From the NCBI GenBank assembly GCA_947478395.1, contig CANJVR010000002.1, positions 704,001 to 768,000 on the forward strand: 64,000 nucleotides of DNA. The letters are read 5' to 3'. This DNA comes from Opitutia bacterium (lineage in GTDB: Bacteria > Verrucomicrobiota > Verrucomicrobiia > Opitutales > Opitutaceae). How positions within the stretch are numbered: position 1 is the stretch's first letter; each line of letters begins with the position of its first letter. The notes below the pieces were generated by a model. That model saw nothing but the letters and a program-made list of their open reading frames with translations. It searched no databases and had not been told where the DNA came from. Position numbers and translations under genes: made by a program. Below are positions 21,923-32,337 of the stretch, in pieces.

Positions 21923-22180
21923 TCAGGGCCAACCAAGCGCGCGGACAATAAGGAGCGCGGCGAGCAGGCTCAAAACCGTCCCCATCAACCAACGCCAAAA
22001 CCAAGCGGTTCGGGCTGGCTCGGGCGCTTCGTCGGGCAGGTCCAGCCCATCGTAGATCGATTGCTCCCGCCAGCCGGTGCGTTCGTCCGCTCCGCACTCC
22101 GGACAGGCCAAGGCGCGCGGCGCGATGTCCGCGCCGCATTGCGCACATTCCTCCGGAGCGATTCGCTCGGACGCCTTCAT
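21923..22180 (-). CDS. Small zinc-ribbon membrane protein
   Basis: 85 aa with CAQC...CPECG and a C-terminal TM helix. ATGA overlap with the upstream transporter. Confidence 0.75.
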   Translation of the reverse strand: MKASERIAPEECAQCGADIAPRALACPECGADERTGWREQSIYDGLDLPDEAPEPARTAWFWRWLMGTVLSLLAALLIVRALGWP

Positions 22181-23325
22181 GCACTTAGTGGCTTCAGGTA
22201 TTTTCGTTTCCCGAGACGCCAGGCGGTCACGACAAAGGCCGTGAGCGGGATGGCCAAAAGCATACCAAGGATGCCATCGAGCGCCGTGCCCCAAAAGAAA
22301 ATCGAAATAATGATTATGACCGGATGAAGCCCGGTGCGCTGGCCCATGATCTTCGGCGTGAGAAACCAGCCCTCCACCGATTGCACGACGACCTTTACCG
22401 CCAGCACAAGCGCGGCGAGTTTCCAACCACCGCCCGGTTGAAAAAACGCCAGCGGCAGCGTCACGAGCAGACCGATGATGCTGCCGAGATAGGGCACGAT
22501 GTTGAGCAGCCCCACGGTCAAACCGATCACGAGGCCGAATTTGAGACCGATCAGCGTGAAGCCGAGCGCGAGCAGCACGCCCATGATCAGGCCAATGAGC
22601 AGCTGACCGCGGAAAAACGATTCGACGATGCCCACGAATTCGCTGATCAAAAAAGCGATGTCTTCGCGCCCACCGGATGGGACGAACGGGAGCTCCATCG
22701 AAACTTTCTGCTTCGGATTGCCGCGCATTAAGAGGAAGAAAAATAGATAGACGGGAACGATAGCGACGTGGCTAAGAAACGCGAAGGTGCCGACCACGCC
22801 GCCGCCGGTGGCGGCGAGCGACGGCAGAAACGAGGCGATCTTGGTGTTCAGCTCGTAGAGCGTCGAATCGACCATTTTACTCACGGTCGGATTCTCGATG
22901 CGGGCGCGGATGACCTCGATCCAAGTCGGATAATGAATCTGGCCGTATTTGGTCACGTCGCTCCAGAGCGTGGGAACGTAGTCGATGAAATCCAGCACCT
23001 GATCGATCACGGGTGGCACGATCAGCAGCAACATGCCGCCGATCACGATCACGAAGAGGGCATAGAGCACAGAAACCGCGACGGTACGCCGGCCGCGGAC
23101 CCATATTTCCAGACGTTGCACCACGGGTCGCAGGATCAACGCTAGCACGCCCGCGACGGCGAGCGGCCATAGCACTCCGGAAAAATATCCGACCAGGCGG
23201 CTCACGCCGACCAGGACTGCGACCATCATCGCCGCCACGCCCAACACGGCGAAAAACGTGATGCTGAAAGCGACCGCTCGACGCTGCCCGGGGCCGAGAA
23301 GAGGTGAACCTGTGGACAAAGACAC
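22177..23325 (-). CDS. AI-2E family transporter
   Basis: Multiple TM helices, FFRGQLL, IVPYLG, QSVEGWFLTPKIMG, GLHP. Likely start GTG 23325. Confidence 0.9.
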   Translation of the reverse strand: MSLSTGSPLLGPGQRRAVAFSITFFAVLGVAAMMVAVLVGVSRLVGYFSGVLWPLAVAGVLALILRPVVQRLEIWVRGRRTVAVSVLYALFVIVIGGMLLLIVPPVIDQVLDFIDYVPTLWSDVTKYGQIHYPTWIEVIRARIENPTVSKMVDSTLYELNTKIASFLPSLAATGGGVVGTFAFLSHVAIVPVYLFFFLLMRGNPKQKVSMELPFVPSGGREDIAFLISEFVGIVESFFRGQLLIGLIMGVLLALGFTLIGLKFGLVIGLTVGLLNIVPYLGSIIGLLVTLPLAFFQPGGGWKLAALVLAVKVVVQSVEGWFLTPKIMGQRTGLHPVIIIISIFFWGTALDGILGMLLAIPLTAFVVTAWRLGKRKYLKPLSA

Positions 23326-23602
23326 GGCGGCGAGGTTGAGAATGCCGGAGGCGGTTGACGAGTGCGGAAACAGGAAGAGCAAACGCGTCCGCCGCCAAAA
23401 CAATACCTTCAAAATCAAGATCGGCGGCTCGCTGGCGAGCGCCGGAGCATCCGCGAGCGGACCGGCCCACACGCGCACTCAACCCTCGCGGCCATCCGCG
23501 CGGCCTTCAGGTATTGGCGGAGCAAGCTTCGTCGGCGCACCGCAGAAAGTGCGCGAGGTGCATTGACCTACGCCTCGGATGCGTAAGCTGCGCGTTCAAC
23601 GA

Positions 23603-26467
23603 ATGCAGGCCGCGACCCACATCCACGTCAAAGGTGCACGTGAGCACAACCTCAAGAACCTCGACCTGCGCATCCCGCGCGGAAAACTCGTCGTTTTTAC
23701 CGGGCCAAGCGGCTCCGGCAAATCGTCGCTGGCTTTCGACACGATCTACGCGGAGGGCTACCGCAAATACATGGAGAGCCTTTCCACCCAGGCGCGCCAG
23801 GTCCTCGATCAACTGAAGCGGCCTGATGTCGACTTTATCCACGGACTTTCACCCGTGCTCGCGATCGAGCAGCGCACCGGGGGAAGTTCGCCGCGCACCA
23901 CCATCGCAACCGTCACCGAGCTGGCCGACTACGCGCAGTTACTCTGGGCGCTGGCGGGCGAGCAGCGGTGTCCGAAGGACGGCGGACGCGTGGTGCAGCG
24001 ATCACTCGACGACAATGTGCAACGCGTGCTCACCGCGTGCGCCGGCGAGCGGGTCGTGCTCCTCGCGCCAGCCCTGCGGGCCAAAACGAGCGTGTTACGG
24101 GACGAACTGCCTCGTCTGCGTCAGCGCGGCTTCCAACGCGTGCGGCTCGATGGAGAAATAAAAAACCTCGACGATCCCAAGTTGGTCGCCACCGGTCTCG
24201 GCACGAAGGAAATTCAGGTCGACCTCGTGATTGACCGGCTGGTCGCCAACGCGGACCAACGCAGCCGGCTGGCGGACTCGCTCGAACTCGCGTTCCGCGA
24301 GGGCAAGGACCGCGTGATCGTACTCGCGCAAAAAAACGCCGAAGCCCCGTGGCGCGAATTGGGCCTGAGCCAGTCACTCGCGTGCGAAATTTGCGGCGAC
24401 GTTTTCGACAAACTCACGCCGCGGCATTTTTCGTTCAATCACGGGGAAGGCGCCTGCGGCACGTGCAGCGGCTTGGGGCGCAAACTGCGTTTTGTGCCGG
24501 AGCTGATCGTACCTGATCCGGAAAAATCCGTGCGTGAAGGCGCGCTCAAGCCGTGGCGTATCGGCGGGAAAAATCTCATCATCAAACACAACGCGCTGCT
24601 GAAACAGCTCGCGGCGCAGTTGCCCTTCGACGCGGAAGTTCCGTGGAAAAAACTCCCGGAGGAAACGCGAACCGCCATCCTGCGCGGCGCGGGGGAACGC
24701 GAATTCGCGTTTAAGCTGCGGCGGATGCGCGAGGCCAAGGCCACCCCATTCGCGGGCGTGATCGCCGACCTGGAGGACAGTTTTCGGAACACGGACAGCG
24801 ATGGTTTTCGAGCGCGCCTGACGACCTTCATGGTCAGCGGCGAGTGCCCCGAGTGCCACGGCACCCGGCTTACCGCGCGCAGCGGCGCGGTGATGGTCGC
24901 GCAGAAAACGTTTCCCCAATTCATGGCGCTCGACATCGGCGAGGCGCATGCGTTTGCGCGCGATCTCGTCACGACCTACAGCGGCGATGCGGCGTTGAAT
25001 GAAGTCGTCGTTGGTATCGAGCAACGGCTCCATTTTCTCCTCGAAACCGGCCTCGGCTACCTGACGCTCGAACGCGACTACGCAACCCTCTCAGGTGGGG
25101 AATCACAGCGCGTTCGCCTTGCCACCCAGCTGGGCATGGGACTGATCGGCGTGATCTACGTGCTCGACGAACCGAGCATCGGGCTGCACGCACACGACAA
25201 CCAAAAGCTGATCGAGACACTCGTCGCCCTGCGCGATCGCGGCAACACCGTGCTCGTGGTCGAACACGACGAGGACACGATGCGGGCCGCGGATGAAATC
25301 ATCGAACTCGGTCCGCAGGCTGGAGTCGAAGGCGGACGCCTTTTATTTCAAGGTACGCCGCTCGCGCTCGCTGCGCTGCCTCCGACGCTGTCGCGGACCG
25401 GACCATATTTGGCCCGGATCCAATCGGTCACGAAGGAAGCAAAATTAAAAACGCCGGACGGCGCCTGGCTGACCGTGCGGGCCGCGGGGGAACACAATCT
25501 CAAGGGCATCGACGCGAAGTTTCCCATCGGGTTGCTGACCTGCGTGACCGGAGTTTCGGGTTCGGGCAAAAGCACCCTGGTGAACGATGTGCTCGCGGCC
25601 GCGGCCGCGCGAAAACTCAACGGCGCACGCACCCTTCCCGGCAAACACCGGCACATCGAGAATCTCGATTTCTTCGAGAAACTCGTGCAGGTCGACCAGG
25701 AGCCCATCGGGCGAAGCCCGCGGTCTAATCCCGCGACGTATACCGATCTGCTCGGGCTGTTGCGGGATCTTTTTGCCCAGGTGCCGCTCGCCAAAGTGCG
25801 CGGCTATAAGGCCAGCCGGTTTTCTTTCAACGTGCGCGGCGGACGTTGCGAGCGCTGCCAAGGCGATGGGGCGATCAAACTCGACATGCAGTTCATGGCG
25901 GACGCGTATGCGCCGTGTCCGAGCTGCAACGGACAGCGTTACAACCGCGAAACGCTGGAGATTTTGTTTCACGGAAAATCGATTGCGGACGTGCTCGCGA
26001 TGACCGTGCGGGAAGCGATCGTACTTTTTCGCAACATTCCACGGGTCCTCGACAAACTTGCCACGCTCGACGCCGTCGGGCTCGGTTATCTCACACTGGG
26101 GCAGTCGGCGACGACCCTTTCAGGCGGCGAGGCGCAACGACTGAAACTGTCGCTCGAACTCAGCAAACGCCAGCAGGGCTCGGTGCTCTACATTCTCGAC
26201 GAACCCACGACGGGGCTGCACTGGGTCGATATCCAAAATCTCATGGATCTGTTGTTCAAGCTGCGCGACCAGGGCAACACGGTCATCGTGATCGAGCACA
26301 ATCTCGACGTGATCCATCTCGCGGACTGGGTCATCGATCTGGGACCGGGCGGTGGACGCGATGGCGGCGAACTGATTTACGCCGGTCCGCGCGCCGGGCT
26401 CGAAGCGAGCGAACGTTCCCTGACCGGCCAGGCGCTGAAACGCTGGAGCCGGACCTCAAAGAAGTAG
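23603..26467 (+). CDS. uvrA: Excinuclease ABC subunit A
   Basis: [39 protein letters not shown], zinc fingers. Confidence 0.97.
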   Translation: MQAATHIHVKGAREHNLKNLDLRIPRGKLVVFTGPSGSGKSSLAFDTIYAEGYRKYMESLSTQARQVLDQLKRPDVDFIHGLSPVLAIEQRTGGSSPRTTIATVTELADYAQLLWALAGEQRCPKDGGRVVQRSLDDNVQRVLTACAGERVVLLAPALRAKTSVLRDELPRLRQRGFQRVRLDGEIKNLDDPKLVATGLGTKEIQVDLVIDRLVANADQRSRLADSLELAFREGKDRVIVLAQKNAEAPWRELGLSQSLACEICGDVFDKLTPRHFSFNHGEGACGTCSGLGRKLRFVPELIVPDPEKSVREGALKPWRIGGKNLIIKHNALLKQLAAQLPFDAEVPWKKLPEETRTAILRGAGEREFAFKLRRMREAKATPFAGVIADLEDSFRNTDSDGFRARLTTFMVSGECPECHGTRLTARSGAVMVAQKTFPQFMALDIGEAHAFARDLVTTYSGDAALNEVVVGIEQRLHFLLETGLGYLTLERDYATLSGGESQRVRLATQLGMGLIGVIYVLDEPSIGLHAHDNQKLIETLVALRDRGNTVLVVEHDEDTMRAADEIIELGPQAGVEGGRLLFQGTPLALAALPPTLSRTGPYLARIQSVTKEAKLKTPDGAWLTVRAAGEHNLKGIDAKFPIGLLTCVTGVSGSGKSTLVNDVLAAAAARKLNGARTLPGKHRHIENLDFFEKLVQVDQEPIGRSPRSNPATYTDLLGLLRDLFAQVPLAKVRGYKASRFSFNVRGGRCERCQGDGAIKLDMQFMADAYAPCPSCNGQRYNRETLEILFHGKSIADVLAMTVREAIVLFRNIPRVLDKLATLDAVGLGYLTLGQSATTLSGGEAQRLKLSLELSKRQQGSVLYILDEPTTGLHWVDIQNLMDLLFKLRDQGNTVIVIEHNLDVIHLADWVIDLGPGGGRDGGELIYAGPRAGLEASERSLTGQALKRWSRTSKK

Positions 26468-26604
26468 ATCAGCGGACCGTGCGGCCTACCACGCATTGCG
26501 CCCGCCAAGGTACGAATCCCGGCCACTTTGCTGCCCGCCGACGCCCCATTTTACGCCCGCGGGCGGCTCGCAGCCCCCTCGCCTGCGCGTTTTGCCCGCC
26601 GCCC

Positions 26605-26625
26605 ATGTCACTTATTAAGTGACAT
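26605..26625. promoter_or_regulatory. 21-bp perfect palindrome, copy 1 (putative protein-binding site)
   Basis: ATGTCACTTA-T-TAAGTGACAT, just past the stop of the HTH gene. Confidence 0.75.
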
Positions 26626-26652
26626 TCCAACCGGCCGTCCCGCGGAAATTTT

Positions 26653-27018
26653 TCACGCGGGCCGGCGCTTGAGATGCACAGCGGCAAGCCACGCGAGCAA
26701 TTGCAGGGTGCGTTCGGCGTCGGGCATCTGGGTGCGCGAGGTGACAAAGGCGTTTACCCGCTGGCGGTGAAGTCCAAGCAGTCGGGCCAGATTAGCCTGC
26801 GTACCATAGCGGCGAAGGTGCGGTCGCAGTTGAGCGCGCAATTCGTTCCATAGTGGAGTCTCGCGCCCTGGACGCAGCGTAACGCCCCGCTTGGGCCTCC
26901 GGCCAATCTGAAAGGCCTTGATCGAGTGTGCCGCGTAGCTGGCGGACGCCTGAAGGATAATATCCGCGAGTTGGATGGGAAGTTCGAGCGACCGGGGGAT
27001 GATTGAAGGTTGGGGCAT
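26653..27018 (-). CDS. Small Cro/XRE-like helix-turn-helix protein
   Basis: RYGTQANLARLLGLHRQRVNAFV...MPDAERTLQLL pattern. Likely ATG at 27018. Confidence 0.75.
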   Translation of the reverse strand: MPQPSIIPRSLELPIQLADIILQASASYAAHSIKAFQIGRRPKRGVTLRPGRETPLWNELRAQLRPHLRRYGTQANLARLLGLHRQRVNAFVTSRTQMPDAERTLQLLAWLAAVHLKRRPA

Positions 27019-27042
27019 GTCACCTATTAAGTGACATGCCCC
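27012..27042. promoter_or_regulatory. Palindrome copy 2, extended to 31 bp, overlapping the HTH start codon
   Basis: GGGGC-ATGTCACCTA-T-TAAGTGACAT-GCCCC, one mismatch. Confidence 0.75.
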
Positions 27043-27084
27043 GCGCATTTCCACGGTCGGCGCTGTCTTATGAGTACGTTTTGA

Positions 27085-27105
27085 ATGTCACTTAATAAGT
27101 GACAA
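27085..27105. promoter_or_regulatory. Palindrome copy 3
   Basis: ATGTCACTTA-A-TAAGTGACAA in the divergent intergenic region. Confidence 0.75.
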
Positions 27106-27218
27106 GTGCGTGGTCCACGACGGCGGAAGAGGGGCGATGTGAGCCGACGCGTGTGGCGCGGGAGTGAAAGGGCTAGTTGGGTCTCGTATCGGGAGGTCGA
27201 AGGGTAAAGGGTGCCCCC

Positions 27219-27881
27219 ATGCCGCCTGACCCCAACGCGCAGTTTGACCAGACCGTTTTGTCGATGATCGAGCACAGTCCAGTAGGCGCGGTGCCCCACA
27301 CCCCCGCCTACCGCGACGCCCTCGTGCGACTGTACGCCACCCATCAAGTCTACGCCGACGCAGACCACAAAGACGGGCATGTGACCGTGCGCTCGCTCAC
27401 CCAGAGTGCCAGCTTTCAGGCCGCAAACGCAGAGGCTTTCGCGGAGAGCAAAATAGCCGCCGAGGCGCTGGAATCCAACGGGGCCATTTTCGATCGCTAC
27501 CTGCAATCGCGGCCCGAAGCGACGCGCGCGAAGGCCGAGAGTTTTCGGTTACGCGTAGTGGGCCGGTCGATTCATCACCGCAAACATCACGGTGCATCCG
27601 CTCCGCCCCTCGTGCATGACGCCGTGCACAGCCTTTTCTTGGTGCCGGGCGCCGGTCCTCATCCAGGACTGCCGGGAAATTATCTTTATGGCTCGGTATT
27701 CGAGGTGAACGCGACGATCACCCCCAGCCCATGGGCGATCGCCGTACACGACGCGGATGACGGTGCGGCGTTGTTCGACGCGCCCGATTTGGCGTCAGCC
27801 TGGGCCAAATTGCGCGAGCTGCAGGAAAGCGCGCCTTTTCACTTGAGCGAGTTGGCGGCGCTGGGCTTCAGGCCGAATTAA
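27219..27881 (+). CDS. Hypothetical protein
   Basis: Long ORF with protein-like composition filling the gap. No family recognised. Confidence 0.7.
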   Translation: MPPDPNAQFDQTVLSMIEHSPVGAVPHTPAYRDALVRLYATHQVYADADHKDGHVTVRSLTQSASFQAANAEAFAESKIAAEALESNGAIFDRYLQSRPEATRAKAESFRLRVVGRSIHHRKHHGASAPPLVHDAVHSLFLVPGAGPHPGLPGNYLYGSVFEVNATITPSPWAIAVHDADDGAALFDAPDLASAWAKLRELQESAPFHLSELAALGFRPN

Positions 27882-27884
27882 GAG

Positions 27885-28000
27885 CCGATCCGAACGGCCC
27901 CAGGAAATATTCTTGGGTAGGTCAACCCGCTTGCCCGCGCTCCGGGTTAAAGAGCGCGCGCAGCCGCGCAAACCTACGGGAGGAGGATGATTCGGATCGG
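27885..28000. ncRNA. Candidate structured RNA (rod-shaped with central bubble, possibly 6S-like)
   Basis: Nested stems CCGATCCGAA/TTCGGATCGG, GTAGGT/ACCTAC and CGCGCTC/GAGCGCG. Confidence 0.35.
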
Positions 28001-28141
28001 ATCTAAGTCTGGATGCTCTCCAGCCCGACAAATTTCTCTGTCTGTCTTGGATGATCCTTCGCGTTTACCTGCGACGTCTCCGCGGCCGGCTTAATTTCCG
28101 CTCGCCCCGCCCTTCGGCGTCGCATCCTCTCGACGCTTCGC

Positions 28142-28978
28142 ATGCGTTTTTTCCGGTTAATTTCTCTCTTGGGCCCCAGCATCCTTGCCGCGTGGGCGCA
28201 GCCGCCCGCCACGCTCCAGCCGGGTGAAGTGTTCACCTATAGCGTGGGTTGGGGGATTTTCGGCGGAGCCGGGGAAATCAAAATCGCCGCGGACCAGCCG
28301 CCCACCCAGCCTGACCAACTGCGGATTATGACCACAACCCGAACGCGCGGGTTTGCCCACACGCTCTACGCTTTCGACGCCGCGTCGGAATCCATTTTTG
28401 ACCTGAAAACCGGCCACCTCCTCCGCATCGCCGAAAAATCTGCCACGGAGAGCAAGCAGACCGAAACGCGGCTCACGTTCGAATATCAGGCGCGCACCTT
28501 CCGCTACACCGACACGCTTCGTCCCGCGCGTTCGCTCACGCTGCCCCTACCCGCGGGCGAGCCGCTCGATCTCATCAACTGCCTCCTGCAAACCCGGACC
28601 TGGAATCTTCCGCTGGGCGAGCACCGCGACGTTCTCGCGGTCTTCGATGACGAGCTTTATGAGCTCACGGTCTACGCGGAAAGCTACGAAGAAATTACCA
28701 CGCCGCTGGGTACGTTCAAGACGCTGGTGCTCGTGCCCAAAATGGAAAAGGGCCCGCTCAAGGGCATGTTCAAACGCGGCTCGACCGTACGCGTGTGGAT
28801 TTCCCAGGACGAACGTCACCTGCCGGTGCGTTTCAAAGTCGACTTCAGATTCGGTGCCGGCACGGCGACGCTCACCGATTACCAGCCGCCCTTGGCGGCG
28901 GCCACTTCCACTAAAAAACCGGCAGCTAACCGGGTCGGCGCCGGACCTCAGCCGAATGGATCGAATCCTCATCCTTAG
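28142..28978 (+). CDS. DUF3108-like exported protein
   Basis: Signal peptide, GEVFTYSVGWG, ITTPLGTFKT, VWISQDERHLPVR. Confidence 0.75.
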   Translation: MRFFRLISLLGPSILAAWAQPPATLQPGEVFTYSVGWGIFGGAGEIKIAADQPPTQPDQLRIMTTTRTRGFAHTLYAFDAASESIFDLKTGHLLRIAEKSATESKQTETRLTFEYQARTFRYTDTLRPARSLTLPLPAGEPLDLINCLLQTRTWNLPLGEHRDVLAVFDDELYELTVYAESYEEITTPLGTFKTLVLVPKMEKGPLKGMFKRGSTVRVWISQDERHLPVRFKVDFRFGAGTATLTDYQPPLAAATSTKKPAANRVGAGPQPNGSNPHP

Positions 28979-29867
28979 AGGCGGCGCGCTCGGCGATTTT
29001 ATCGTCACGCTACCAGCGCTCGCGGCCTTGCGCGCGCGGTGGCCTGCCGCCCGGATCGAATTCGCGGGAAACGCCATCGCTGCGCGGCTCGCGCTGACGC
29101 GCGGTTTGCTCGACGCGATCCACTCACAACATGAATCCCGCTGGGCGGCGCTCTACTCCGGGCGCCCGTTGCCTGCGGATTTCGCCGCGTGGCTCGCGCG
29201 CTTTGACCTCGTGCTCGCCTTCTGGCCCGATCCCGCCGGCGATCTTGCGCGCCATTTTCCTTTCTCTCCGGCGCAGACTTTTCTTTTCGAGACCGCCCAG
29301 CCGGCGACCGCGCCCGCCGCAGCGCATTTTTGCGCGCCGCTGCGTGGACTCGGCCTCGCGGTGCCGCCAGACCAGCTCTGCTTTCAGTTTTCGTTGCCGA
29401 AGCCAGAACAGTTCAGGACTGACGCGCCCGGCTCGCCGCAAATCGCAATTCATCCCGGCAGTGGATCGCCCACGAAAAACTGGCCGCTCGAACGGTGGCT
29501 CAAGCTTTGCTCGCAGCTCAAAACTTCCCATGACGCGGAGTTTCTGATCATCACCGGCGAGGCCGAGCCAGCCGCGACGCGCGACGCATTCGCCCACTTG
29601 GGTCGCTCCGCTCACGCTCTTCCGTTGGAAGAACTGATCGTCGCGATCGCGTCGTGCCGATTATTCCTCGGCCACGATTCCGGCGTAAGCCATCTCGCGG
29701 CGGCCTGCGGCGTACCGAGCGTGTTACTTTTTGGCCCGACCGATCCGGCTACATGGGCTCCGCCGGCACCGCACGTCAGTGTGATCAGGCAAGGCGGGAC
29801 GCTGCCGGCGATTTCCGTTTCTGACGTCGAGTCGATGGCGACGCATCTGCTCGCGGCGCAAAAATAA
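28956..29867 (+). CDS. Glycosyltransferase family 9 (LPS heptosyltransferase-like)
   Basis: GGALGDFI, IHPGSGS..KNWP, GHDSGVSHLAAA, LFGPT. Confidence 0.9.
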   Translation: MDRILILRGGALGDFIVTLPALAALRARWPAARIEFAGNAIAARLALTRGLLDAIHSQHESRWAALYSGRPLPADFAAWLARFDLVLAFWPDPAGDLARHFPFSPAQTFLFETAQPATAPAAAHFCAPLRGLGLAVPPDQLCFQFSLPKPEQFRTDAPGSPQIAIHPGSGSPTKNWPLERWLKLCSQLKTSHDAEFLIITGEAEPAATRDAFAHLGRSAHALPLEELIVAIASCRLFLGHDSGVSHLAAACGVPSVLLFGPTDPATWAPPAPHVSVIRQGGTLPAISVSDVESMATHLLAAQK

Positions 29868-30378
29868 AGCGCCAGCGTTTCGCCGCCCAAACCGGGCCCG
29901 CGTAGTCCACTCCGATCCGCGGAGTCGTATTCACCCTGCGCTTTGGCACCGTCACACCGCGATCTTCGATCCAAAGCGAATCCAAGGTGTCGGCTATCTT
30001 CGCATTGAACTGTCGGTCGATGCCCAGCGCTTTGGTTACCCGGCCCGGCCCGCTCGTACCTTCGACACCGCGGATCAAGACGGCGGCCGGCCAGTCTTTC
30101 GGTCCGACCACGAGGTTAAGCATTTCGTGAATTCCGTAGCAGAGATAAACGTACCAACGTCCGCCTTCGGCATAAAGCACTTGAGTTCGCCGGGTGCGCC
30201 CCGCGCGGGCGTGGCAGGCCAGATCACGTTCGCCGTCGTAGGCTTCGACTTCGGTGATCATACGCGCTGCTTCGCGCCCATCTGGCCAGCGTCGCACGAG
30301 AAATTTTCCCAGCAACGCTCGCGCGTGCGCCACGGTTCGCTTTTCGGCCCACGCTTTCGCTTTGATTATCCGCCCCAC
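29785..30378 (-). CDS. mpg: DNA-3-methyladenine glycosylase (MPG/AAG)
   Basis: ITEVEAY, YVYLCYGIH, AVLIRG, GPGRV, PRIGV. Likely GTG start 30378. Confidence 0.92.
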   Translation of the reverse strand: MGRIIKAKAWAEKRTVAHARALLGKFLVRRWPDGREAARMITEVEAYDGERDLACHARAGRTRRTQVLYAEGGRWYVYLCYGIHEMLNLVVGPKDWPAAVLIRGVEGTSGPGRVTKALGIDRQFNAKIADTLDSLWIEDRGVTVPKRRVNTTPRIGVDYAGPVWAAKRWRFIFAPRADASPSTRRQKRKSPAASRLA

Positions 30379-30404
30379 GGCCTTTGATTGCGCGCAACTC
30401 TTTC

Positions 30405-31805
30405 GTGAACGCAACCACCGCGCGCTCAGCCGCCGCTCACCGCAAGGCCGATCTTCTTCGCAGCTTTCGCCTGTGCACGGCCGACGGCTTGGTTGCGATG
30501 CCAGTGGTCACGATGTCGCTGCCGGTAAATGTTTTTATCACCGCGCTGGTGACCAAGGCATTCGTGCTGCCCAAACCGGCGATCGGGCTGATGAGCGCGA
30601 TGCCCTTCCTCGCGAATTTCCTCCAGATCTTCACCGCCTCCGCCATCGCCCGCTGGCGTCCACCCCGCGTCGTCAGCGTAATCGCGGCCACGATCCACCT
30701 CACGCTCTGGGTCGCGCTCGGCGTTTTAATGCCGCTGATCCCGCGGGCCGACCCCGATGCCGCAGCCCGCTGGCTGATTCTCTGGTTTTTCATGTCGAGC
30801 TGCTTCGCGGCCGTCGCGGGCGTGACGTGGAATTCCTGGGTGCAAGAATGGGTGCCGCCCCGACTGCGGGGGAAATACTTTTCCCGCCGCAACGCATCCC
30901 TGCAGTTTTCCACGCTCACGTTCCTGTTTATTACCGGGTGGGTGCTGGCGCACTGGGACTACGCGATCCCGGCGTTCCAGGCGATCATCGCGGGCGCGGT
31001 ACTCACGCGGGGTTTTTCGCTGTACTGGCAGGGGATTGCGCCGACGCGTGCGCTGCCGCACGCGCACGTGCCGGCGCGATCGTTCAGCGAGCAAGTGCAG
31101 ATCCTGCGGCGGTCGTCCTCGTTTTTGCGGTTCATCGCATTCGGCGCGGTGTGGTCATTCGCCGCCAACTGTTTCGGACCATTCTATCACGTGTTCATGT
31201 TTGAACAGCTCCGGTTTTCCGCGTTCGACGTTGGCGTACTCTCCACGCTCACGGCGCTTGGCGGTGCGCTGGCGCTACCGGCTTGGGGTCGGTTGCTCGA
31301 TCGATTTGGCAACAAGCCAGTGATGACCTTCGCGCTAATCTGCTGGCAGCTGCAAAATTTTCTGTGGTGCTTCGTGACGCCCGCGAACCGGAATCTACTT
31401 TATGGCATGTGGGTGTTCGGCGGACTCACGAGCGCGTGTTTTGTTCTCGGTCAATTTACGCTTTTGCTCCGATTACTTCCCGTCGAAGCCAAAAATCTCG
31501 CGATCGGGCTAAACCTCGCGATCACGTCTCTGGTGGCCGCCATCGCTCCCATCGTCGGCGGCGCCGTCCTCGCCTGGGGGCTCGGGCGCTGGAGCGATAG
31601 CCTCGCCGTCTACCATACTACATTTCTCCTTCAGCCCATTCTGGCCATCGCGAGTGCGGCGATTCTTCTCAGCGTCCATGAACCCGCTGCCGGGTCGCTC
31701 ACGATGGTCTTCGGGGCGATGCGGAACATCCGCACGTTAGGCGGCGTGCTGGGGTTGGATTTCCTCATCAACTACGTTTTCTACCGCGGGCCGATGAAGC
31801 GGTAA
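30405..31805 (+). CDS. MFS transporter
   Basis: About 12 hydrophobic segments; WGRLLDRFGNK loop motif. Confidence 0.85.
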   Translation: MNATTARSAAAHRKADLLRSFRLCTADGLVAMPVVTMSLPVNVFITALVTKAFVLPKPAIGLMSAMPFLANFLQIFTASAIARWRPPRVVSVIAATIHLTLWVALGVLMPLIPRADPDAAARWLILWFFMSSCFAAVAGVTWNSWVQEWVPPRLRGKYFSRRNASLQFSTLTFLFITGWVLAHWDYAIPAFQAIIAGAVLTRGFSLYWQGIAPTRALPHAHVPARSFSEQVQILRRSSSFLRFIAFGAVWSFAANCFGPFYHVFMFEQLRFSAFDVGVLSTLTALGGALALPAWGRLLDRFGNKPVMTFALICWQLQNFLWCFVTPANRNLLYGMWVFGGLTSACFVLGQFTLLLRLLPVEAKNLAIGLNLAITSLVAAIAPIVGGAVLAWGLGRWSDSLAVYHTTFLLQPILAIASAAILLSVHEPAAGSLTMVFGAMRNIRTLGGVLGLDFLINYVFYRGPMKR

Positions 31806-31995
31806 CCGCAGCAGCGCTTGCAGAGCCTACAGCCAAGCCGAATAACGCGTCGCCCGTGGATCAGCGCGCTTGGAGCGCTAGCCAGTAAGGACAATCGCCG
31901 GGTTAATCGGATAGCCTCGAGGTTTCCAGAGTGAGATTCGCCAAATAAAGCCTTGCGTTAGCTCCCGCGAAACCGTTTTTTCTCCGTTTTTATTC

Positions 31996-32310
31996 ATGAA
32001 AGCCACTATCAAAACCCAAGGCCAGCAGTTCACTGTGACCGAAGGCGACATCCTCATCGTCAACCGCTATCCCAAGACGGAAGCCGGTCAAACGGTTGAG
32101 ATTACCGACGTACTGGCCGCTGGCGAAGGCGCCGACTACCGCGTGGGCCGCCCCACTTTGATGGGTGCTTCCGTCTCCGTCACGATCTTGGAAAACAAGC
32201 GCGGCGACAAGGTCATCGCGTTCAAGAAAAAGAAACGCAAAGGCTTCGAGAAAAAGCGCGGCCATCGTCAGGAGCTTTCGGTCATCAAGATCAAGAGCAT
32301 CACCGTCTGA
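31996..32310 (+). CDS. rplU: 50S ribosomal protein L21
   Basis: [18 protein letters not shown]; upstream of rpmA. Confidence 0.97.
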   Translation: MKATIKTQGQQFTVTEGDILIVNRYPKTEAGQTVEITDVLAAGEGADYRVGRPTLMGASVSVTILENKRGDKVIAFKKKKRKGFEKKRGHRQELSVIKIKSITV

Positions 32311-32337
32311 TTTTAATTCTAAAGGAAACCACCCACC

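Noticed and set aside
23585..23610. LexA/SOS box upstream of uvrA (CGTTCAACGAATG)
   Set aside because: Poor match and wrong spacing for the TGTTC-N4-GAACA motif I recall for this phylum.
26605..27105. CRISPR array from the three palindromic repeats
   Set aside because: Spacing is irregular (412 and 68 bp), one interval contains a gene, and there are no cas genes.
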